Source of the DNA: Blastococcus sp. CPCC 205250
GTDB taxonomy: Bacteria; Actinomycetota; Actinomycetes; Mycobacteriales; Geodermatophilaceae
NCBI GenBank assembly: GCA_019799925.1
Contig: JABGCG010000005.1
Span: forward strand, 128,318-168,317
DNA length: 40,000 bases
Direction of reading: 5' to 3'
The position numbers and the translations under genes were made by a program. How positions within the stretch are numbered: the stretch's first letter is position 1; each line of letters starts with the position of its first letter. Below are positions 33,448 to 40,000 of the stretch, piece after piece. Under the pieces are notes generated by a model. The model searched no databases. It was given only the letters and a program-made list of their open reading frames with translations, and had not been told where the DNA came from.

Positions 33448-33480
33448 GGCCACGGTAGCCAGCACGAGGTAGGGAGTCAA

Positions 33481-34011
33481 ATGAACTACGACACCTACGC
33501 GTCGAATGCCGTCGAGCTGGCGATCGACCTGGCCAACGTCGACCGCGAGGTCGACACCTGGGCGCCGGACTTCCTCCGCGCGCACCACGAGTGGTTCTCC
33601 CCCGGCGCCGTCCTCGACTTCGACGCCGACGAGGCCCGAGCCGCCGCCGAGACCGCGGACCTGGTGCGCGCCGTCGCCCTGGCGGAGAGCCCGGCCGAGG
33701 TGCTCCACGGACTGAACGCCCTGCTCGCCCGTGCCCGGCCGCGGCCCTACGCGACCGACCACGACGGCGAGCTGCACCTGCACTACACGCCCGACGAGGC
33801 GCCGGTCCTCGACCAGATGACCACCACCGTGGCGATGGGCCTGTCACAGGTGGTGACCCAGCACGGCTGGCAGCGGCTCGGTGTCTGCTCGGCGGAGGGC
33901 TGCGACGACGTCTACGTGGACACCTCGCGCAACGCCAGCCGCCGCTACTGCTCCAACACCTGCGCCAGCCGCTCGACGGTCGCGGCCTACCGCGCCCGCC
34001 GCAAGGCCTGA
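33481..34011 (+). CDS. ABATE-domain / CGNR zinc-finger protein (putative regulator)
   Basis: 176 aa. C-terminal CSAEGCDDVYVDTSRNASRRYCSNTCASRSTVAAYRARRK matches the CGNR zinc-finger pattern. ATG is preceded by GGGAG. Confidence 0.85.
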   Translation: MNYDTYASNAVELAIDLANVDREVDTWAPDFLRAHHEWFSPGAVLDFDADEARAAAETADLVRAVALAESPAEVLHGLNALLARARPRPYATDHDGELHLHYTPDEAPVLDQMTTTVAMGLSQVVTQHGWQRLGVCSAEGCDDVYVDTSRNASRRYCSNTCASRSTVAAYRARRKA

Positions 34012-34030
34012 GCTCCACTAGCGTCGCCGC

Positions 34031-35467
34031 GTGAAGTCACCGCGGCTCTGGGACGCGCACCTGCACGCCGCGGTCGGCGCACTCCCCGCCTCCCCCGCCG
34101 ACCGCTGGCTGCGCCGGCTGTCCACGGCCGCCGACCACAGCACGCTCTGGTTCGGGATCGCCGCAGTCATGGCGACCCGCAAGGGCGTACCCCGGCGGGC
34201 GGCGATCCGCGGCGCCGGGTCGCTCGTCGTCACCAGCACGGTGGTCAACACGCTGCTCAAGCAGGTCTTCGGCCGCCGCCGTCCCGACATCTCGGTCCTC
34301 GGCGAGCACCGGCTGCTGCGGCGGACGCTCACCACGCACTCCTTCCCCAGCGGGCACGCCGCGTCGGCGGCGGCCTTCGCGACCGGGGTGGCGCTGGAGA
34401 GCCCCCTGGCGGGGGCCGCGCTCGCGCCGGTGGCGCTCGGGGTCGGCTACTCCCGGGTGCACGTGGGCGTGCACTACCCGGGTGACGTGGTCGCCGGCTT
34501 CGCCGTCGGGACGGCGGTGGCCGCGGCCAGCCGCCGGTGGTGGGCGGTGCGCCCGCACACGCCCGCACGGGTCCGCCCGGCGTTCTCCGCGCCCGCGCTG
34601 CCCGACGGCGAGGGCCTGGTGGTGGCGGTCAACCCGCGCTCGGGCCACGAGAACTACGACCCGGCGGCCGACATCCGCGCGCTGCTGCCGCGGGCCGAGG
34701 TGCTCGAGATGTCGGAGGACCGCGGGGTGGCCGACCTGCTGGAGGAGCCGGCGCGCTCGGGACGCGCCCGCGCACTGGGGGTGGCCGGGGGCGACGGTTC
34801 GGTCGCCGCGGCCGCGGCGGTGGCGTTGGAGCACGGGCTGCCGCTGGCGGTCATCCCCGCGGGGACGCTCAACCACTTCGCGCGCGACGTCGGGGTGGAG
34901 ACGGTCGAGCAGGCCGCGGAGGCGGTGACCTCGGGCGCGGCGGTGCGGGTGGACGCCGCGTCGCTCAACGGCACGCCGTTCCTGAACACCGCGAGCATCG
35001 GCAGCTACCCGGAGATGGTGCGCCGCCGCGACGCGCTGTCGGGCCGGCTGGGCAAGTGGGCGGCGATGACCGTGGCGGCGGCGCAGACCCTGCGGGACGG
35101 GACGCCGGTGGAGCTGAGCCTCAACGGCCGCTGGGTGAAGGTCTGGATCCTGTTCGTCGGCAACGGCACCTACACCCCGCGTGGGCTGGCCCCGGCCTGG
35201 CGCCCGCGGCTGGAGGACGGGTTGCTCGACGTCCAGTACCTGCGCGCCGACATCCGGTTCAGCCGCACCCGCGCGGTGCTCGGCGCGCTCCTCGGGGTCT
35301 CCGACCGGGTGTCCGGCTACGCCGAGACGCAGGTGGAGGCGCTGCGGGTGCGGTCGCTGTCGGGGCCGCAGCAGGTGGCCTACGACGGCGAGATGGGCGA
35401 GGCGGCGACGGAGTTCGAGTTCCTCAAGGCCGGCCTGCTGACCGTCTACTGCAGCCGGACAACCTGA
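34031..35467 (+). CDS. Bifunctional PAP2 phosphatase / diacylglycerol-kinase-catalytic-domain protein
   Basis: N-terminal PAP2 motifs KQVFGRRRP, SFPSGHA, SRVHVGVHYPGDV within TM helices. C-terminal DAGK_cat-like VAVNPRSG..GVAGGDGSV..AVIPAGTLNHFARD. GTG start. Confidence 0.85.
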   Translation: MKSPRLWDAHLHAAVGALPASPADRWLRRLSTAADHSTLWFGIAAVMATRKGVPRRAAIRGAGSLVVTSTVVNTLLKQVFGRRRPDISVLGEHRLLRRTLTTHSFPSGHAASAAAFATGVALESPLAGAALAPVALGVGYSRVHVGVHYPGDVVAGFAVGTAVAAASRRWWAVRPHTPARVRPAFSAPALPDGEGLVVAVNPRSGHENYDPAADIRALLPRAEVLEMSEDRGVADLLEEPARSGRARALGVAGGDGSVAAAAAVALEHGLPLAVIPAGTLNHFARDVGVETVEQAAEAVTSGAAVRVDAASLNGTPFLNTASIGSYPEMVRRRDALSGRLGKWAAMTVAAAQTLRDGTPVELSLNGRWVKVWILFVGNGTYTPRGLAPAWRPRLEDGLLDVQYLRADIRFSRTRAVLGALLGVSDRVSGYAETQVEALRVRSLSGPQQVAYDGEMGEAATEFEFLKAGLLTVYCSRTT

Positions 35468-35473
35468 GGCGCG

Positions 35474-35523
35474 GCTCCTGCGGTCCACCTCGCGCTTCGG
35501 CGGTGGGGCAGCACCGCAGGAGC
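35474..35523 (+). terminator. Hairpin after the PAP2-DAGK gene (candidate terminator)
   Basis: Perfect 11-bp stem GCTCCTGCGGT / ACCGCAGGAGC with an inner CCACC/GGTGG pairing. It starts 7 nt after the stop codon. Confidence 0.5.
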
Positions 35524-35705
35524 GCGGGATCGACCGCAGGACCCGCCGCATCGCGGGTGTTCCTCGCGCTCGCCGGCCCTGCGGGGCTCCCGACGCACGA
35601 GATCAGCCCGCAATGGCTCGATCGGGCGGTTGTCCACAGCAGCGGCTGCGGTCGGGATGCGGCGCTGGCTAGTCTCCGCACTCCGTGAGGACCGGGAGGC
35701 GGCGG

Positions 35706-36293
35706 ATGGCGGTGGGGTTCGTCGGACGGACGACGGCGGCGGTCGTGGTGGCCGTCGCGGTTCTCAGCGGGTGTTCCGACGAGCAGCCGGCCAACGAGAC
35801 GCTGCCGACGACGAGCGCCGAGCCGAGCCCGTCCGCCGAGGAGCTGCCCCCACTCGGGCCGGCCGACTTCCCCGTCCCCGACGAGGCCCGCGAGAAGACC
35901 CCCGAGGGCGCTCTGGAGTTCACTCGGTACTACGTCGCCCTCGGTGCGCACATCGGCACGGGGCCGCTCGATCCGCGGCCACTGCTCGACCTCAGTCGCG
36001 GCTGCTCGCAATGCCAACGAGTAGCCGATGCATACGCCAACGATTTGCAGGCTGGCTACCGATACGGCGCAGCGGGCTACTCATTCGAAGAACTTGGCCC
36101 TGGCGTTCTAAGCAGCGACTCGGCACAGGTTGCATTCATTTATTCGCAAGAGGCATTCGAGGTCGTCGACTCGAGCGGCGCCGTCGTGCCTGAACGCTCT
36201 AGCCCGTCAACCGGCCCTTTACAGTCCGGCGCAGTGCTGACATGGGACCAGGCGCTACGGACCTGGCTCGTCACCGAGCTAACGATCGGCTGA
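35706..36293 (+). CDS. Lipoprotein (DUF6318-like actinobacterial lipoprotein)
   Basis: ATG at 35706 is preceded by GGGAGG with a 6-nt spacer. Lipobox AVAVLSGCS. Contains PEGALEFTRYYVALG and a CSQC motif. The family name is from memory and not verified. Confidence 0.7.
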   Translation: MAVGFVGRTTAAVVVAVAVLSGCSDEQPANETLPTTSAEPSPSAEELPPLGPADFPVPDEAREKTPEGALEFTRYYVALGAHIGTGPLDPRPLLDLSRGCSQCQRVADAYANDLQAGYRYGAAGYSFEELGPGVLSSDSAQVAFIYSQEAFEVVDSSGAVVPERSSPSTGPLQSGAVLTWDQALRTWLVTELTIG

Positions 36294-37195
36294 TGAAGCA
36301 TTCCCGGGCGATCGCTGCGACGATCCTGATACTTTGCTGCATCTCTCCAGGCACCGCATTGGCCGAATGCAGCCGTTGGACATGTGATGAGCCAGACGTG
36401 GCCATCGGGGGAGGCGCCTTAACGGCCGCCTACGTGACACAGACCGGGGGACAGACCTGGGTTGCGTCCAACGCGGCTCCTCCTGCCCACCCCTACACCT
36501 ACCAACTGCTGACACCCTGCGCAGCAGCCACGGCCGCGGGAGAGCCGTGCCAGGACGCCGACGACCGCGCATGCCCGTCTAGCCCTGAGCAAGTGGTGCG
36601 CGAGCTTGTTCTGCAACAACGCCGACTCGTCATTCCTGGAGCGACGGAGATCGATGGGGTACCCATCCCACCCGACGCACCCGCGGGCACTCCGTTCGGG
36701 CCGTGGCTGGCGTTCCCGCGGGAGTGCATCGACATCACGGCACTGAACCCGGCGCCGACGCCGGACGAGGTGTTCCGCTACTTCGAGCGGCTCCCGCTCC
36801 CCCAGCTACCCACCCGCCAGCAGCCTCCGGGGGACGCCCTCGCCGGCCTGCCGGTCATCTTTTTCACCGACGGCCCCACCACGCAGGCCTTCAGCCTCGA
36901 CATCCGCGGCTTCACCGTCGACATCGTCGCCACGGCGGAGGGCTTCACCTGGCACACCGGCGACGGCGCGCACCTCACCACCACCGATCCCGGCGCGCCC
37001 TACCCCGACCAGACGGTCACCCACGACTACGCCTCGGGCACCTACGCCGCCTCCCTCACCACGACGTGGGGCGGCACGTTCAGCGTCGACGGCAGCGCCA
37101 GCGTCGACGTCCCCGGTACGACGACCACCGAGGGACCACCGGTGACGTTCACCGTCGTCGAGGCACGCGCCGTCCTCACCAACCCGCACGACTGA
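36293..37195 (+). CDS. Secreted Cys-containing protein with a PKD-like C-terminal segment
   Basis: ATG at 36293 overlaps the upstream TGA by 1 nt. Signal peptide MKHSRAIAATILILCCISPGTALA. The C-terminal VTHDYASGTYAASLTTTWGGTFSV resembles a PKD/Ig-like repeat signature. Confidence 0.65.
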   Translation: MKHSRAIAATILILCCISPGTALAECSRWTCDEPDVAIGGGALTAAYVTQTGGQTWVASNAAPPAHPYTYQLLTPCAAATAAGEPCQDADDRACPSSPEQVVRELVLQQRRLVIPGATEIDGVPIPPDAPAGTPFGPWLAFPRECIDITALNPAPTPDEVFRYFERLPLPQLPTRQQPPGDALAGLPVIFFTDGPTTQAFSLDIRGFTVDIVATAEGFTWHTGDGAHLTTTDPGAPYPDQTVTHDYASGTYAASLTTTWGGTFSVDGSASVDVPGTTTTEGPPVTFTVVEARAVLTNPHD

Positions 37196-37270
37196 TGTCA
37201 CCGAGCGTCACCACGGGCCGGGCGACATGCCGATTCCGACACGGGCGACGACCGGAATCATTGACGCAGC

Positions 37271-38563
37271 GTGAAGCGGTGCCAGGGTCTACGACCTGAC
37301 ACGGCGCCGCGTGGGCGACCATCACCGGGAGGGGGTGCAGCCATCCCCCCGAACCACGTCCACGCTCGGGGCACCCACCCCGTCCGACGTCTGTTGCTGC
37401 TCCTGCTCCTCGCCCTGGCGGGGTGGCTCGTCCTCGTCGTCGCCGCCGACCGCGCGTCGGCCGAGACCGGCGCCGGAGCCGCGCCCGTCTCCGCCCCGGA
37501 CGGCGACCCGGCCCGCGCCGCGGAGCCCCGACCCCACGAGGATTCTCCCGCCCGACCGGAGCACCAGCAGCCGGTCCCCGGCCCGCCCGAGCAGGCGGCG
37601 CACCCGGACCCATCACGTCCCGCTGGGCACCCCGACGCAGGGCCCGAGCCCGCCGGGCCGGAACGCCCCGCCGTCCCCGTGCCGCCCGAGACGCAGGTCG
37701 GGACGCCGGCCGGGCCGGGTCCTGGGCCGCGCCCGGTCGAGCCCGGCCCCGACGCCGGTCCGGTCGCACCTCCCCCGGACCCGGGCCGTCCGGTCGACCC
37801 GCCGCCGGACCCGGTCCTCGTGGAACCGTCCCTCGATCCGACCGGCACGCCCGTACCCGTCGCGAGCCGGCCGGCGCCGGCCACCCCCGCCCTGCCGCCC
37901 ACCCTCGAGCCGACACAGACGCCGACACCGACACAGACGCCGACACCGACCTCGACACCCAGCTCGACACCTCAGCCCGTCCCGGTGACCGACGCCGCCC
38001 TCGCCCCGGAACCCGAGCCCACGCTCGAGCCCGGCGCCGCCTCTCCAGCCGCGACCGAGGCCCCAGGAGCCGCGCCGCCCGGCCCGGCGACCCTCCAGCC
38101 CGGTGACGCCGCCGCCGAGGCCACCTCCGCGCTGTTCACCACGGACGCCGCCGCCTCGGACACCGCCGCCACCGAGCCTCTCCTGACGCCGGCGCGCTCC
38201 GTCCTCTGCGCCCCGGCGACGAGCAGCCAGCGCGTGTCGGCGGCGGCTGCCGCACGCCCCGCGTCCTCGCCCGACGTCGTCTCGGCCCCCGGCAGCGTGC
38301 CGTCGCCGGGTCCTGCCCCGGGGAGTCCCGCGGCACCGTCCCCGGCTCCGGCGGTCCCGCCCGCGCCGGCCGCTCCGTGCTCCGCGCCCGGCGGCAGCTC
38401 CGTCCACGCGGGAAGCGGCTCGTCGTCCGACACCGCGTCCTGCCCCGCCGCGCTCAGCGCCACGGTCTCCGCCACCGCCGCCACCGCCGAGATGCGCCGC
38501 ATCGAGCGGGCCGCCGAGCGCGCCCTCGACCGCGCCGGCGACCCCGGGTCGCCACCCGACTGA
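37271..38563 (+). CDS. Pro/Ala/Thr-rich low-complexity membrane or secreted protein
   Basis: ORF track entry with a GTG start. Hydrophobic helix RRLLLLLLLALAGWLVLVVAADRASA, then about 350 aa of P/A/T/E-rich sequence including (PTQTPT)2. The start codon is uncertain (an in-frame TTG lies inside the Leu run). The coding frame is supported by GC3. Confidence 0.5.
   Translation: MKRCQGLRPDTAPRGRPSPGGGAAIPPNHVHARGTHPVRRLLLLLLLALAGWLVLVVAADRASAETGAGAAPVSAPDGDPARAAEPRPHEDSPARPEHQQPVPGPPEQAAHPDPSRPAGHPDAGPEPAGPERPAVPVPPETQVGTPAGPGPGPRPVEPGPDAGPVAPPPDPGRPVDPPPDPVLVEPSLDPTGTPVPVASRPAPATPALPPTLEPTQTPTPTQTPTPTSTPSSTPQPVPVTDAALAPEPEPTLEPGAASPAATEAPGAAPPGPATLQPGDAAAEATSALFTTDAAASDTAATEPLLTPARSVLCAPATSSQRVSAAAAARPASSPDVVSAPGSVPSPGPAPGSPAAPSPAPAVPPAPAAPCSAPGGSSVHAGSGSSSDTASCPAALSATVSATAATAEMRRIERAAERALDRAGDPGSPPD
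37910..37945 (+). repeat. Tandem 18-nt coding repeat (2 perfect copies plus degenerate continuation)
   Basis: CCGACACAGACGCCGACA x2, followed by related CCGACCTCGACACCCAGCTCGACACC. Encodes PTQTPT repeats. Confidence 0.8.
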
Positions 38564-38687
38564 GCCCGGGCCTCCTCCAGCCCGCTGCTCCGTCCGCCCG
38601 GCCCTCTGCGCCGGGCTGCGCACCTCGCGATCCCGCTCGCTCGCCGGACGCGCGCCGCTCCCCGCGCCGTCCCGTCGGAGGACTCCC

Positions 38688-40000
38688 ATGAGAACGGTCA
38701 GGTCCCACTCGATCCCGCTCGTCACCCGTGCGCACGTGCGCGGGGCCGGCACCGTCGCCCGCCGCGCCTGGCGGACGACCTACGTGCGCCGCCTCGTCGC
38801 CGCCGACGCCTTGTGCGCGCTGGTCGCCGCGGCGGTGGTCGTCGTCCTGGGCCCCGGCGGCGGCCCGCTCCTCCCGGCGATGGTGGTGGTCACGCCGCTG
38901 GTGTGGGTCGCCGCGATGACGCTGGCCCGCGACTACGAACAGCGCTTCCTGTGGGACGGCGCCGAGGAGTTCCGTCGGGTGCTCTTCGCCAGCGCGCTCA
39001 TGGTTGCCGCGGTCGGCACCGTGTCGTGGGGTCTGCGCCTGGAGCTGGCCCGCAGCTTCGTCGTCCTCACGGTGCCTCTCGCGTGCCTGCTCACGCTCGC
39101 CCAGCGGGCCGGCCAGCGGTGGTGGCTGCACCGGGAGCGCGCGCAGGGCCGCGCGCTGCAGACGACGCTGCTGGTCGGGCACCACAGCAGCGTCGCCGCG
39201 CTGCACGAGCAGCTGGCCAGCGAGGCGCGGCACGGCTACCGGGTGGTCGGCTGCTGCCTGCCCGCACCCGGCGAGCGGACCTTCGACGGTCTGCCCGTGC
39301 TGGGCGACCTGGACGACGTGGTGCGCGTCGTCGACTTCTACGAGGTGGACACGGTCGCCGTCCTGCCGACGCCCGAGCTGGACGGCGGGGCGCTGCGCCG
39401 GCTGGGCTGGGACCTCGAGCACACCCGCGCGGAGCTGCTGCTGGCACCGGCGCTCACCGAGCTGGCCGGACCGCGGGTGAGCATCCGGCCCTCGTGCGGT
39501 CTGCCGCTGCTGCACGTCGAGCGGCCGGAGCTGCGCGGGGTCCGCCGGCTGGTCAAGGTCGGCTTCGACCTCGCCTGCGCGGCGGTCATCACGCTGCTGG
39601 TGCTGCCGGTCCTGCTGGCGGTCGCGGTCGCGGTGCGACTCAGCGGTCCCGGACCGGTCCTCGCCCGCGAGGAGCGGCTGGGTCGCGGCGGTCGGGTGTT
39701 CGGCCTGCTCTCCTTCCGCACGACGGATGTGCCCGTGGCGGACGACGCCGCCGCCACGCCGCTGCACGGCGGACAGCTCACCCCGGTCGGACGCTTCCTG
39801 CGCCGGCACGCGCTGGACCAGCTGCCGCAGCTGCTCAACGTGCTGCGCGGCGAGATGTCGCTCGTGGGGCCACGGCCGCCGCGGGCGGGCGACGTCGAGT
39901 CCTCCGGGATCGACCTCCACCGCCGGCTGCTCGTCAAGCCCGGCGTCACGGGGCTGTGGCAGGTCAGCGGCCGCTCGGACCTCTCCTGGGAGGACGCGGC
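38688..40000 (+). CDS. Polyprenyl glycosylphosphotransferase (bacterial sugar transferase, WbaP/exopolysaccharide-initiating type); 3' end off window
   Basis: Absent from the ORF track because it is open at the window end. Manual translation from the ATG at 38688 (GGAGGA 6 nt upstream) gives N-terminal TM helices, a central VGHHSSV..YRVVGC..VDTVAVLP region, and a C-terminal catalytic domain FDLACAAVITLLVLPVLL..LDQLPQLLNVLRGEMSLVGPRP..KPGVTGLWQVSGRS. Confidence 0.85.
   Translation, partial: MRTVRSHSIPLVTRAHVRGAGTVARRAWRTTYVRRLVAADALCALVAAAVVVVLGPGGGPLLPAMVVVTPLVWVAAMTLARDYEQRFLWDGAEEFRRVLFASALMVAAVGTVSWGLRLELARSFVVLTVPLACLLTLAQRAGQRWWLHRERAQGRALQTTLLVGHHSSVAALHEQLASEARHGYRVVGCCLPAPGERTFDGLPVLGDLDDVVRVVDFYEVDTVAVLPTPELDGGALRRLGWDLEHTRAELLLAPALTELAGPRVSIRPSCGLPLLHVERPELRGVRRLVKVGFDLACAAVITLLVLPVLLAVAVAVRLSGPGPVLAREERLGRGGRVFGLLSFRTTDVPVADDAAATPLHGGQLTPVGRFLRRHALDQLPQLLNVLRGEMSLVGPRPPRAGDVESSGIDLHRRLLVKPGVTGLWQVSGRSDLSWEDA

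Noticed and set aside
37910-37972. Short tandem repeats that could be mistaken for a CRISPR or other non-coding array.
   Set aside because: There are only two perfect 18-nt units with no spacers. They are in frame within a Pro/Thr-rich coding region (PTQTPT), so this is a coding low-complexity repeat.

Overview
High-GC (about 70-74% by hand counts) actinobacterial-type chromosomal segment. It is gene-dense, and I saw no rRNA, CRISPR array, transposase, integrase or phage genes. Many long ORFs in the supplied track are Arg/Pro/Gly-rich antisense shadows and were discarded. Calls rest on recognisable motifs, third-position GC bias, RBS-like sequences and start/stop coupling.

Content from left to right:
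- Partial GT2-HAD fusion, a MarR regulator and a surface-anchored protein.
- FMN alpha-hydroxy-acid oxidase, succinate-semialdehyde dehydrogenase and a lipoprotein.
- GT2/GtrA polyprenyl-phosphate glycosyltransferase.
- A divergent BenE-like transporter and MarR pair.
- An 11.2 kb, 14-gene, tightly coupled minus-strand catabolic operon (10133-21302) with its own sigma-70-like promoter and operator. It encodes ALDH, two RidA paralogs, a cupin, a PDR-type reductase, an extradiol dioxygenase, a hydrolase, two SDRs, a ThDP enzyme, a Rieske oxygenase and three small or degenerate proteins.
- Directly upstream on the same strand: an aspartate-dehydrogenase-like gene, a NitT/TauT-type ABC importer and an NCS1-like permease.
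- A group A flavin monooxygenase divergent from a third MarR, with an MMPL transporter convergent on that MarR.
- tRNA-Arg(ACG) and tRNA-Ser(GCU).
- A divergent MFS transporter and CGNR zinc-finger protein pair, and a PAP2-DAGK fusion.
- A lower-GC patch with a lipoprotein, a secreted protein and a Pro-rich protein, then a partial polyprenyl glycosylphosphotransferase.

The best candidate for something undescribed is the 14-gene operon with its transport module. Its substrate cannot be assigned from sequence, and every pathway statement here is a hypothesis. Secondary observations are a 16-bp palindromic operator-like motif shared by two sites 1.2 kb apart around the third MarR, degenerate enzymes inside the operon, and a recombinase-HTH-like mini-protein.
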